Origin: Eremomyces bilateralis CBS 781.70
Lineage: Eukaryota
DNA length: 64,000 nt
Strand: one strand, 5' to 3'
Assembly (NCBI GenBank): GCA_010015585.1
Contig: ML975152.1
Of the stretch, positions 1 through 11,530 are shown piece by piece; position 1 is the stretch's first letter, and the number at the start of each line of letters is the position of its first letter. The position numbers and the translations under genes were made by a program. The notes under the pieces were generated by a model. It was not told where the DNA came from. It worked only from the letters and a program-made list of their open reading frames with translations, and made no database searches.

Positions 1-29
1 GAACACCAATCCCTCGGTTCCCCAGGTCT

Positions 30-2228
30 ATGGTATCTTTATCACCAACGCGTGCACAGGGAGAAATAACGCGGGCGTCGCCAGCTGCCGTCTACAAGAG
101 TTCAGAAACAGTTGGAGGTATCGACGACACTACAGAACTTGCTCGGGCTACCCTAGCAATAAATCGCGGCAAACATGGCCGTAAAGATTCTCAGGAGTTA
201 CTTCGAAGATTAGCAAATGCTACCAGCGGCACTCCGAGTCCACGGCCAAGACCAGAAGTCGAGAAATCACCGAATGAGTTGATGGCGGCTGGGAGAGAAG
301 CGCAAGATAACGCCAAATCTTTACCATCAGAGGATGAAAAGTTGGACGTGCCTCAGAATGATGACCGCGGCAGACGCTCACTTGATATTTTGAAGCCGAA
401 CACTGAGACGAATGACGACCGACAGAGCACAAACCGGCCATTCTCTCGTGCACGACGTACCCGTCCTGCACCCTTTAAGGACCTTGCATTCCAAGATCAC
501 GCCGAAGTTCTTGATGAGCTGCAAACAAACCCAGTCGGAGATGGTGCCTCGAAACCGCCAGGAAACGAAGCGCGGGAACCAAAGACCCCAGTAGTAACTG
601 GGGCATGGATCAACACCCCTGATCCAAAGATTTCCGCTTCTGTAAAGAGCTCCAGGTTCTCTTCGCCGCAGAAAGCGAAAGAGAAGAAAGTCAAAGAGAA
701 CGAACATCCCAAGGCGTCAAGAGAAATGCCTTCCGTATCTCCTCCGCGTCAGAAAGTTGGTGTTGACATCCAAAAATCTCCATCTCGGTCTAAGGGTCGG
801 ATATCCGAGCCGCCACCGCTCCCTCCCTCCGCACTCGCTCACATTCTTTCTACCTCTGGAAACAACTTTGGTGACTCAACCATTGATTCTCTGGAAGGAA
901 TACTCCACCCATCCGGCGACACCACCACTATCCCGGACCCAAACACAATACTTCTACCGGAGTCTGTCGATGATCCGGATGACCAACCCGTAGATGAGGA
1001 CGACACTCTGCAAGGTTTCCCAGAATCTTCTAGGGGCGTCCGAACTGATGCAGAACGCCGACGAAGAGCGGAATCATTTGCTTTGCGGGACATGAATTCG
1101 CGCCTACGACTCGCAAGACAGGGCATTCGCGATGCGAAGCGTGGGATTCGAGACCTGGAAAACAAAGTTGAGAAGTCGGCAACGCCAACAAGCCCACAGC
1201 CTACGGTACCGGCTACTAAAGGACCTGAAAAGCAGCCAAGGGGTAATCCATCGACTGTACCACCCGTCCCGCCGCTCTCGCACTGTCCTCATTGCAACAT
1301 GCCTATTCATGTTACTGCTCCATCAATACCGCTTTCATTCTCATCTATCGCCTCCTTCCTGTTCTCGCTCTTCTTTCTCCCGGCGCCTCCCACCTCTCGC
1401 CTCCCTTATCGACCGACCAGGCTCGGCTACGTCACGCTATTCATCGTCCTCTGGGCTATCATCGAGCAGAACCTATGCAACGCATACTGCCATCCGAGGT
1501 ACACCCACATTAAAACCACGCCACTCGGAATCGCCTCGGACGCACCGGAATTCCCCATTGTCACCCTTACCTTCATCTGGCGCGCCATCAGCCCTATCCT
1601 CCGTCCGTTCACTCCCATCTACGAAGACATCCTGTCCCCGATCCTCTCTCCCTTCTCCACCGTCGCCCTCATTCTTGCCCGTTCAATGTCAGGTATCCAT
1701 GGCCTCGGTGCGTGGGGTCGAGACGACTGGATGAGCGGGACCGGGGTTGACGCATATAGCTACGGGATGGGCTTCAGTCCACCCCCACCCACGGCGTGGA
1801 GCGAATGGTGGGCGCGGATGGGACCGAAGATCTGGGGTGACGAATGGAATGCGAGGGACGAGAGGATGTGGGCATGGTCAGAGGCGAACGGGAAGCGGAT
1901 TCAGGAGACGACCAGCGAAGGAAAGGGCAAGTTAGAGAAAGCGCCCCCGCTGCAAGAGGAGCGAGACCGGGTGGACAAGGAGACTACGAAACCGACGAGC
2001 CAGGTTCACTATCAGCCGGTGGAAGAGAAGGCTCAAGAGCCGGCTCCTGACCCCTGGAAGGATGAGACGGTCAATATATGGGAGTCGGCCAGCATATGGG
2101 AGAACGTGGCCGATAAGGGCGAGGAAAATACGAAGGGTGAAGGCGGATGGGGTGGTTGGTGGTCCTCGAAAAAGGTACCTGTTCATGACCCGGATGATGT
2201 GGGAATGGACCAGGATGAGGAACTCTGA
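30..2228 (+). CDS. Hypothetical protein (probably 5'-truncated by the window edge); low-complexity N-region, coiled coil, C-terminal hydrophobic segments
   Basis: 732-codon uninterrupted ORF. S/P-rich N-half, coiled coil (LRLARQGIRDAKRGIRDLENKV), CPHC motif and hydrophobic stretches (LGYVTLFIVLWAII...YCHPRY...APEFPIVTL). No family recognised with certainty. Confidence 0.7.
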   Translation: MVSLSPTRAQGEITRASPAAVYKSSETVGGIDDTTELARATLAINRGKHGRKDSQELLRRLANATSGTPSPRPRPEVEKSPNELMAAGREAQDNAKSLPSEDEKLDVPQNDDRGRRSLDILKPNTETNDDRQSTNRPFSRARRTRPAPFKDLAFQDHAEVLDELQTNPVGDGASKPPGNEAREPKTPVVTGAWINTPDPKISASVKSSRFSSPQKAKEKKVKENEHPKASREMPSVSPPRQKVGVDIQKSPSRSKGRISEPPPLPPSALAHILSTSGNNFGDSTIDSLEGILHPSGDTTTIPDPNTILLPESVDDPDDQPVDEDDTLQGFPESSRGVRTDAERRRRAESFALRDMNSRLRLARQGIRDAKRGIRDLENKVEKSATPTSPQPTVPATKGPEKQPRGNPSTVPPVPPLSHCPHCNMPIHVTAPSIPLSFSSIASFLFSLFFLPAPPTSRLPYRPTRLGYVTLFIVLWAIIEQNLCNAYCHPRYTHIKTTPLGIASDAPEFPIVTLTFIWRAISPILRPFTPIYEDILSPILSPFSTVALILARSMSGIHGLGAWGRDDWMSGTGVDAYSYGMGFSPPPPTAWSEWWARMGPKIWGDEWNARDERMWAWSEANGKRIQETTSEGKGKLEKAPPLQEERDRVDKETTKPTSQVHYQPVEEKAQEPAPDPWKDETVNIWESASIWENVADKGEENTKGEGGWGGWWSSKKVPVHDPDDVGMDQDEEL

Positions 2229-2663
2229 CCTTCCCGTACGCATCTGTGTTAACATTGTTCTGCGGTTTAGGTCTGGAACTGGGTATTGAATGCGAGCATG
2301 GCGTTGAGGGAGCATTTACTAGCGCTGCTCTCCCGGTTTTGGGGGTAGCATGCAGGGCATTTATATTGTATTGATTGCGAGCGTATGTTCGAGTTCGAAC
2401 GGTTGCGAATGACGCACATATCGATGCTATGGCGAGGGGACGGGACAGGATGACGTCCCATTCCGATATTTGGCATATTTCATGTCATACATCAATAGTC
2501 GAAATGCCACGAGAATTTAAGATATTCGTTTGGGTCTAATAATATATGGTATGCATGATGCATGCAGCAGGTATTGAAATGCTCTATGCTCGCTCATCAT
2601 GGCATTCATTTCGCCAATCATTCCCAGAAAACATGATAGAACCAGACCTCTAAATCGATGGTA

Positions 2664-5399
2664 TCAAGGACTCTCTGCCGCTATCTTTCTCCTTGCTTTG
2701 CTAACGCTCCTCGTGACCCGTGCCCGACTAGCCGCTCTTCTCAACCCGCCTATGACGCCTCTCTCCTCCCGTTCTTCCGTATCCACCAAACCAGGCACCA
2801 TCAACACACCGGCAGCGCTGGCGCTCCCCTTCAGCAACCGCCGCCGCCACCGTCGTCGCTCGTCGATGAGCTCTTGGTTCACGCTTCCGAACCCCTTCCG
2901 CTTCCAGCACGCCTCCATCAGCATGTTCACGTCGAGCATTTTCCGCGGCAGCGTCTGCACGACCTGGAACACTTCCATGGGGTCCTCGATGGCGCGGATG
3001 GACGGCTCCCCGAGCTTGAAGATGGCGAGGGACACGCGGAAGAGCGTCTTGCTGCCTTCATAGAAGAGGCTATCCCAGACTCGGAGCGTAGACTCGATGG
3101 GCAAGGTGCCGATGAAGAGCGACATGAACCACGGGGTGGTGGCGAGCGAGACGGTGGGAAGTCGAGGCTGGGCGGGGCCGAGTCCCGGCGCTCCCCGCTT
3201 ACCGGGAGCGGGATTGAGATCGGCGGGGTCGCCGTCGTCGATTCTGTTCCAGACAGCGGGGAGATGTTCGCGGAGGAGGTCCATGAGCACGCCGATGTCG
3301 ACGTTGGCTTCGAGGACGCGGGCGTGGGTGCCTGGGAGGTGGACGGATGTAATGACGTCGAGGAGGATAAACGCCTTTTCTTCGTCAGATTTGAGGAAGA
3401 GTAGGAGAAGCCCGGCGATGAAATTGAGGGATTGGCAATAACCGATTTGCGGGTTGTGCAGGGCGAAGGCGCGGAGAACGCGTCGGAGGGAATTGAGGAT
3501 TGGAGGGTCCGGAGGATCAGGCCATGACTCGGGAGACGACTCGGGAGATGAAAGGGGTGTGGTGGGAGGATCGGGCTTAAAGCTGATGTTGTCGGGGAAG
3601 GTTCGGTGTAGGTCGCGTTCGATATGTTCGCGGTCGGCATCATTGAGTCCGCCCTCATCTTCGGGTTTCTCGCATCGTCGAACCAATTCCCAATACACGC
3701 CTTGCATTCGAGCCAGTCGGCCGGGACCTCCGGCATACCAGAACCAGGCTGCTCCTCGCCACTCAGGAGGGATGCCTTTTCGAACATACCGCTTGACCTT
3801 CTCACTCTTAGGAGGAAATCGGATTGGATCGTCGGTCATCAGCCCGTATGCTCTCATGAGCGCATACCACTTCTTACGCCGTCGTTCGATGTATTGTGTG
3901 TAATTTGTATTCCATGCATCGTATTCGGCCTTCGAGATGTACTGATTCGACTTCTTGAACCCATATCGATCTCTAGGAACAGGGGCGGCTGGTCGAGGGT
4001 GGGTATTAGGATTAGGGTTAGGATTAGGATTTGAATTAAGATTAGGATTAGGAGTTGGATTCGGATTCGGATTCGGATCTCGGCTTTCAAAGATCTGAGC
4101 GGATGTCCGCACGATGTGAGCTGGTTCTTCCACAGGCGGTGCGAGGGTCGACTTTGCCTTGGGCTTTGGTGGAGTATCAAAGAGCGTGGTTCGACTAATG
4201 CTCTCCGCCGACCGAGCTTTCCTCAGCGGTGGTAACGTCTCGGGTTGAGATATCGGTAGTAGTCCTTCCGGAGACTGGGATGCACGTTCGAAGCGAGCAT
4301 TGTACAACGGTTGCGTATGGGCAATGTGTCTGTTATCATCTCCAGCGGGGATATCAGAATCGTCATTGAAACCATCCTCATACATCCCGATCGCATCTTC
4401 GACGCTCATATTAATGTCCTCCATGCCTGGAGGGACGTTGGAACGTCCGAAATCGCTCACAGATGTAGCCTTGGTCAAGACACTGCTCCTTTCCGTATCG
4501 GTCGTGTAATACCCGGACGATGTGTTCGTCCAAGCGGACCGGAAACTCGCTCTGACTTCCGATGGGCCATCTCTCCCTGTTTGTGGTTCTCTCCGTAAAG
4601 AAGATTGGTAGCTGTCTCTCACTGAACTGTATCCGTCGACCCGTTGCAACCCTGATCCCTCTCTTCTCATTCCAGCCCGGCTCAGGCTAAAATCTGGAAT
4701 GGAGGTCGAAGTGCGCAAGGAATGAAAGGAGGGTGGCGCCCTTGACGATGCGTTCGAAGAGAAGGTTTGGCCTCGGGCTCGTGTGGTAGATGGGCGGGGA
4801 GATTTGCTGGTTTCGCGTCGTCGGCCATTCTGGTCTCTTGCATTGGACCTAGACTGTCCATTGGACAGAGGTGACCGCCTCTCTCCTCTCAGCCGCGGAG
4901 AGTGCCCATTTCGAGTAATATCATCCCCCGACATGGCTGACGATACTGTCGGTGATTGCTGCGACGGTTTCGGAAGTTGGGAGTCATGGGGAGAAGGTGG
5001 TGAGAGGTCTGATCGGAATTTCGGACTGGACAGTTTGCTCGGTGAAGATATCGGAGTGATGGGCGATGATTCTGCGCTGCCAGACAACGGCGAAGTATTG
5101 GTGACCAGTTTGCTGTCTGTTTGTATCGATCGAATTGGGATCCTGTCCAGCTTTGGTACAGGGCTGTCCATCCTCTGAGAAGATTTTCGGTCCAAAGATA
5201 GATTCTCATGGGGTCGGGGAAGGCTCTCTGGCGTCTCAAGTTGAGGATCTGAATATTCCGATGGACGAGGTGCCCCATCAGTCATCGAGCTTTGCTGTGG
5301 GATTGCAGGCTGCAACACATTTGAGCCTAAGAAGTCGTCGAAGTCGAGAGCGGACTTGTCGATTTCAGGAAGGGACATCATCGTTGGATGATATTCCAT
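2664..5399 (-). CDS. TBC-domain Rab GTPase-activating protein (Gyp3/Msb3-like)
   Basis: 911-aa ORF with TBC motifs RKGIPPEWRGAAW, IERDLHRTFP (Arg finger), GYCQSLNFIAG (Gln finger) and LRVWDSLFYEG; long disordered N-terminus. Confidence 0.93.
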   Translation of the reverse strand: MEYHPTMMSLPEIDKSALDFDDFLGSNVLQPAIPQQSSMTDGAPRPSEYSDPQLETPESLPRPHENLSLDRKSSQRMDSPVPKLDRIPIRSIQTDSKLVTNTSPLSGSAESSPITPISSPSKLSSPKFRSDLSPPSPHDSQLPKPSQQSPTVSSAMSGDDITRNGHSPRLRGERRSPLSNGQSRSNARDQNGRRRETSKSPRPSTTRARGQTFSSNASSRAPPSFHSLRTSTSIPDFSLSRAGMRREGSGLQRVDGYSSVRDSYQSSLRREPQTGRDGPSEVRASFRSAWTNTSSGYYTTDTERSSVLTKATSVSDFGRSNVPPGMEDINMSVEDAIGMYEDGFNDDSDIPAGDDNRHIAHTQPLYNARFERASQSPEGLLPISQPETLPPLRKARSAESISRTTLFDTPPKPKAKSTLAPPVEEPAHIVRTSAQIFESRDPNPNPNPTPNPNLNSNPNPNPNPNTHPRPAAPVPRDRYGFKKSNQYISKAEYDAWNTNYTQYIERRRKKWYALMRAYGLMTDDPIRFPPKSEKVKRYVRKGIPPEWRGAAWFWYAGGPGRLARMQGVYWELVRRCEKPEDEGGLNDADREHIERDLHRTFPDNISFKPDPPTTPLSSPESSPESWPDPPDPPILNSLRRVLRAFALHNPQIGYCQSLNFIAGLLLLFLKSDEEKAFILLDVITSVHLPGTHARVLEANVDIGVLMDLLREHLPAVWNRIDDGDPADLNPAPGKRGAPGLGPAQPRLPTVSLATTPWFMSLFIGTLPIESTLRVWDSLFYEGSKTLFRVSLAIFKLGEPSIRAIEDPMEVFQVVQTLPRKMLDVNMLMEACWKRKGFGSVNQELIDERRRWRRRLLKGSASAAGVLMVPGLVDTEEREERGVIGGLRRAASRARVTRSVSKARRKIAAESP
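3999..4080 (-). repeat. Degenerate hexamer microsatellite encoding an (Asn-Pro)n tract inside the TBC gene
   Basis: GGATTA/GGATTC/GGGTTA units on the + strand translate in frame on the - strand as DPNPNPNPTPNPNLNSNPNPNPNPN. Confidence 0.85.
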
Positions 5400-7014
5400 A
5401 CGTCCTCACACAACCACATCCTCAAGAGAAGATCAAGCCAAGCTCACGTTTCGCTTTGAATCATTGTTGTTCCGATAGTTTTCTTGTTGATCATGGGATC
5501 TGGGAACGAGGGACCAGGTTCCGAACGACCGAGCTTCGAAGTTCGAATAGGCAATGTCCCAATTGAGGGAGAAATGAGCGTGATATGCGAGTGAATGGAA
5601 TGGGAGGTCGACACAAGGGATACGATCAATGCCTGTAATAGTGGATACGAAAGTCTTGAACAGATGAAGCAGGGAAGATGAACGGCAAATGGTTTGATTC
5701 TTCCGTTTGATGTTCACCGGACGGACGTCTGGACAGGTTTAGGATGTGTGTGAAGATAGATAGTATCCTGTAACTACCAACTTTCGTCCTTCTTTCCAGG
5801 CATTCCCTGGCGTACGTGGAGTGTGGACAGTCCAATCATTAAGAGTAAGAATGACGCGGGCCAACTCTCTGACGATATTCCGTAATTTAATATCGTTTGT
5901 GCTTGTGCTTCCTGACAGAATCCTGACTAGTTAAGAGACCTTTCTTGTTTTTCTCGATTTCTGCACTGCAATTAAACTGTTGTTCCGTGGTAATGTTATG
6001 TGACAAGGAACCGCTCCGACAATCTTCCATATTAACATCGATTCCCAGTCCAGGAAAAGGAGTAATCAATCCCTGAGAAGAAGGACATGTTTGGATGCAT
6101 TGTTTATCCAGTAGGGAATATGCATTCTCTGATTCTCATAATCTCTTCCTTCGTTGGATCATTTATTCATTCCCCATTCACCCACTTGCGCTGTGAGTGC
6201 GCTCGCTCCAGGGCCAGTGATCAATAATCACTGACAAACGCGTTTCAGATCTTGCTCCAAAAGTCAAAATAAAAACACCAGGTGCCAAACGCGTTCCTGG
6301 CGCGCGGTCGCTCAGACCGTCAGATGGGACGGGGTTTTGGCCATTCCGCTTCCAGATTGGCGGGTTCCGGAAGGATTGCCGGCTGCCGCTGAAATCGGTG
6401 AAATGATCATTTCCTCAGTCCCACATTATCGCGAAACTCGTCCATTTGGCTGTTTTTAACTTTGCAGCTAGATTCCGTCGATTCCCTTGCATGATCCATC
6501 GCTATTCACTGCATGCTGTAGCCTGGAATAGTATCAAAAGATCGGACTAAACCAAGCCAGTGGTGACATGGTGCCACTGGTGAGTGGACCGAGAACATAC
6601 TGTACTGTCGGCCGGTAGCGATAAATGTGGCTTACACCATCCATCAATGCGGGCATCTAATTTCCCTGAAGATGAGGAAATGAGGAACTGAAGCATCACG
6701 AGTCGGGCCTGCAGCTCCAATAATCGCCAATTGGGATGCCCTTGCACCGAAGTATTCTTCATCCCCATCATTGATCATTGTGTAAGTGTACTGAATACTG
6801 ATTAAGCATTTCAAAGTACTGGCATAAGACACATATACCCGCAATAGATCTACGGAGGAGCAGTCCGTTCTCCAATCTCTCCTAAGTCATCGAACAATAT
6901 GGTCGGATCATGTCCAATCCAGGGCATCATCCCCTGATGTTAGATGGTATGTAGTCACTTATCACTATCATGTGGCAGTCAGGTGGAGCCGTGGAGGACT
7001 TCATTCTTCGAAGT

Positions 7015-7970
7015 TCAACCACTCGATATTAACAGCGATTTGACTCTCCTCTGCATGTCATCGTTGACGTCAATACTCAGAAGATAGTCCCTGATTCCGC
7101 CATACTTGTCGTTCACCTCGCCCGTTACTTTTTCTACGAAGTCAGGCGCGGTACGGGCAAATAGGTCTCCCAGACCAGTATTAATAGCGGACAACTCCCG
7201 TCGTCGTTCGTCCGCTTCCTGGCTCTGCGATTCGTCGGACTTTCGATAGTCATGGTCGATCGCTTCAGACGGCACTCCAAGCAGCATCAATACCAACAGC
7301 ACCGTCAAGCCGGTGCGATCCTTCCCTTGCGTGCAATGTAGAAGAACCGGATAGTTGGACTCATCCTGCAGGATCTCAAACATCGCGCGTATCTCCGCTC
7401 CACAGGCGGTCACCGTGTCGACGGCCAGTCCGACCAGGCCGCGCTTGAGCAGCACGTGTTTGGCGATCAGATTAATCATTTCTATACGATATCCACCCAT
7501 ATATAGAAATATGAGCTGGATGTAAGCCGGCCAGGAGAGTTGCGCAACCACGGCATTCTGGTAGCCTTTGCCATTGAGGTTGATATGATAGTAAGTGACT
7601 CCTGGAAGCTTTGCGGGCTCCGGGACTGAAGGGTCGGTTTTGTATTTCGCGGCTTGTCGGCGGAGCTCAGTATCGGTACGAAGGTCGATGATCGCGCGAA
7701 GGCCGATGGAGGATGTGAGTTTTTCACAATCGGAAGGGGTACATTCATCCGGTCGTGAGGAACGGAAGAGTTGTCCGGGTCTGAGAAATCTGCTCGACGA
7801 CTGCGTTAGTCTGTCTACTCCTAAATATCATATTCTCTGGTAAGGCTCGGTCAGGGGACGGACTCTTTGCCGACAAAGGTATTCACTGTCTGGCCAACAT
7901 CTCGGAAGTTCAGGAGTCTGTCGAATGGTATCTCGGGGTCTAGACCTGTATCGGAGTTGAGGACATCCAT
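7015..7970 (-). CDS. Tyrosine/lipid phosphatase-like protein (Y_phosphatase3/IphP type), one intron near 7790-7864
   Basis: Spliced product MDVLNSDTGLDPEIPFDRLLNFRDVG...GQLFRSSRPD...IIDLRT...; P-loop HCTQGKDRTG followed by DYRKS. Intron donor GTCCGT, branch ACTAAC. Confidence 0.88.
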
Positions 7971-8809
7971 CGCCTTAACCTAAGCTTTTGATCGATGTTG
8001 ATGTTAGGTGTCATGCAGTGGATACGGGCGGCGACATTTGAGTTCTAGAGCGGGCTTTCCCAAAAGCCCAGAAATCAAGAAAGCAAGATCTTTGATTCCC
8101 TGTGTCGATCACCAGCGGGGAACAACGACTTCCACCGGTTTCATGTTCCAACTCGCGACTCCCATCCTTCCAGTTCCTGAGCAGCGGAACATGGATTGTT
8201 TGAAGCCCGATGGGCAAATCATTTCCCAAATTCCCGGTTAATTTCTCTGCCAGCAGATCTGGAGTGACTTATGGCATTTCGCTGATTCTCCCATCTTATT
8301 GAGTCTACACATCATGAATTTGGCTCTTTCCTGTTGGATACGGATAGGTATTATCATGGGAGGATTCGCTCTACCATCTGCGAAAACCACATTCTTGAAA
8401 CAATTCTCCTGCCTGTTATGGTCTCCAGAAGGCCAGATGTTCAGCAAGAAGGAGAGCGTCCAAACTGGATCCCAGGGTTCAATTCGACATGGAGAGCTCC
8501 CAGATTCCCGCTGGCTGAGACTTCTATTCCCGCAGGGTTCCGCAGGATCAGCGGGGATGCTTGGCTGACGTGCTGAACCGTACATCGATCGGTCCAGAGT
8601 CCAGACTCGAGAGATGCCATGGGATGTTTCGCGTGGTGATAATGATGCATTCTTGACATCGTCTAGCTGGATGTCCATGACGAGAGTTGAGAGCCTCTAT
8701 CAGCTCCTCTCGTTCCCATCCCATCCTAATCTGCACCATTGTTACTCTACATATTCTCCTAGCATCTCAAAGTCATGTTCGACATCGTCAGCTAAAGTCC
8801 GGAGCTACC

Positions 8810-11116
8810 ATGGCTACAATATGTCCTGATCTATCCGCCCATCGAAAGGGCAATAGGGAGGCGGATGCGCGGCTCTCGTCGGCAGGTAATTATTCCACAT
8901 CTTGACCGATATTGTTCCCATTCCCTGTTACTAACGACGTCGTCCTTCTAGGTGCCGCGGTTTCCTTGAGGCAAGCTCCTGCTCACACACTTCCGTCTTT
9001 CCCTGTTGTCGGACTTGGAAACAAAGAGTCATCCGCCGGAGCGGCGGCATCTCTAGCCCATGCGAACAAGCGATCCGTCGAATTATGGAAGCCCAATCCA
9101 GATGCAAGTACGGCAGGGTCAAGGGCTGCTATACTCGCTCATCGTGATCATGCCGGCACTCTCAGAAAAGGGAAAACTCCTGTGAAGTCGGAAGCGGCAA
9201 AGGAGGCAGTCACACCTAGGGATCATGGAGCACTTCTTGCAGCTACCAAAGCCGTGAAGATGAAGAGACAGCGAGCCGACTCAATGTCTGTGCGACCGGT
9301 TTCATCTTCAACATACCCCCGGAAAGATTCGGGACCCGGCTCTGGCGTGCCTGGATTGACATCTGCGGAAGAAGATATAGAGAGATCGCCTGCCCTTCGA
9401 GCATCGCGGATCCACAACATCGGAACCAACTTGCCGCGGGAAATGTACACCGAGCACCCCCCAGTTGGGATCGAAGTTGAGGAACAGCGTCACCAGACGG
9501 CTTTGAGGGCGTCTGCGATCAGCATGGCCAAGCAGATGTACAATGCCCGTGAAAAAGCCTCCGAACAAGCTTCACTGGATGTCTTGAAAGCTACTGCCGC
9601 AGAAGATGAGAAGAAGAAAGGTAGCGATTCTGGCAAGGCTCGGGTGCAGCAGTATTTGAATTTGCACGACGCGGCAAGAAAGCTTGCAAATGAGCGGCTC
9701 AAGCGGATCGATGACGAGGGAGAGTTTCGTGCATATAGGACCTATTATAGCTGCGATGATCCTTCACTGCAACAGAGGCGCAGCACCAGGGTCGGTATGG
9801 CAAGGCGGAGGGCGGCGAGTGATAGTTCTTCGACTTCACGATCAGTCAGCGGGGCTCGCGACGATATGGAGCAGAGCAAGGCCATTCGAGCGCAGATGTC
9901 GCAATTCAGCAATCTGTTGGCGGCCGTGGATGACAAAAAGCGGCGGCAAGATATGGAAAGGGTGCTGGTTGCAGCTCAAAAGAACGTCCACGCCCAAATG
10001 CTCCACATGGACGAGAAAGTCTACCAGGACACGGGAAGGATCCCATATGCAACCCAGGTGGAATGGGATCGCGAAGCGCAAGCATTGGCTGCTGAGAGGG
10101 GTGAGAAGCGTATGGAGCATTTCGGCAAGGTGGAAGTCGGCTTTGGGAGGTTCGTGGAAAGGGACGCAGTCGACAGGGTTGCCAGAGATCGGGTTAAGCC
10201 GACAATCGAGGATATCGATGACCAAGTTGAGGTACAGAAAGCTCAAGAGGAAGGACGGAGGCTTGACAGGGAGTATGAAAAGCGTCATGCGCGGTTGGAG
10301 AAGGAGAGAGAGGCGGAGTTGAAGGCGGACCTGAAGCGGGCTAAGAAGAAGTCGGCAATTGGGGGGATCGGTGATCAAGCAGAGGAACAGGAAACTCCAG
10401 AGGAAGTACGGAGGCTTGATATGGAGTATGAAAGGCATCATGCACAGTTGGAGAAAGAGAGAGACGCGGAATTGAAAGCGGAGCTGAAGCGGGTACGCAG
10501 TAAGTTATACGCTGATCATGAGACTTTGATAGTTACTAACGGTCCATAAGCTGAAGAGAAAGAGGAGAGACGCCTGTCTAAAGACGCGAGGCGGTCATCA
10601 ACCGAGGCTGCGGGCACTTCTGGTCCAAACACTGGCGAGCAGGAGAGAATTTCATCCTTACGGCAGAGTTCGGTGCCATATGGGGTAGTGGAAGGTTCGG
10701 CAGAAGCACCCACATCCCCATCTCCGGAAGTACAGCACACCGGCTTCCGCTCGTTCCTCTCGAAGTTGAAAAGTCGATCCAAAGATCCTGCCGAAGACGA
10801 GGCGCTTGAAGGGGGTAGAGGAAAGCAACGTGCTAGTCGTCCAGGCTTCGTCGGTGGTGCTCGCCTGAAGTCCAGGAACAGTGCAGAGTCCGGTCAAAAC
10901 CAACGGACCAAAAAGACTGGACAACGGCGTGGTTCTTCGTCCTCCACGGATCTTTATGATGATGGTACGAACCACAGAACATCCTCCGGCCGAGACCAGG
11001 ACATGGAGGAAGCGCGCGACCAAGTCAGCATGGATCAAATGGATCCTCCGAGATACTCTACTGGGGGAGTGACTGGCAATCCGCAGCGGGGTTCAGTGTT
11101 CCAGGAACACTTTTGA
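8810..11116 (+). CDS. Eisosome protein 1 (Eis1-like) coiled-coil protein; introns 8886-8951 and 10500-10550
   Basis: AGAAASLAHANK...ELWKP and EMYTEHPPV...LRASAISMAKQMY...LHDAARKLANERL motifs recalled for fungal eisosome-1 proteins. Both introns have GT, a CTAAC branch and AG, and their phases join the ORFs 8912..10549 and 10673..11116. Confidence 0.75.
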
Positions 11117-11530
11117 GGGAATGGTCTGGAGTCTGGGGCAATTGATTTTCTGGTCCTTTGGAGACTCGGGTTGGCATATCTGTGTTCACAGTGTGGACAG
11201 GGCCTGTAGATATTGCCTCAGGGTTGTGACATTGGACAATGTATATATACGATGATCTATGAACTGTACGCAGAGTTGGTGGCATATCTGCTAGAAATAG
11301 AATTGCTGCGTCCAAAATAATAGAACGATCTTTTCCGAAACGGTACCTTCACCAGCATGAAGCTGTTGTCCTGCCTCCTGATATTGATGCTGGTGGCAGT
11401 AAATGCTGACGTCACCATCAGTCGCCTTCAAAAACCAACTCCCTCCCATGCAATCAACTGAATTTGTACAGAACCATTTGACCTCAATTCTAAGTTGGCA
11501 CCCAATTTTTGCAATAGTCACCAGCTCAGT

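Noticed and set aside
2599..3903. Long antisense and alternate-frame ORFs over GC-rich genes (also at 25.4-27.2, 39.0-39.5 and 62.7-63.4 kb)
   Set aside because: Shadow ORFs caused by high GC3 codon bias of the real genes; low-complexity translations without motifs.
3999..4080. Telomere-like TTAGGG/TTAGGA array
   Set aside because: Highly degenerate and in frame within the TBC gene as an Asn-Pro tract; not an interstitial telomere.
6236..6296. Two AAACGCGTT (MCB-like) boxes upstream of the TBC gene
   Set aside because: Short motifs about 850 bp from the ATG with unknown TSS; not supportable as regulatory sites without conservation data.
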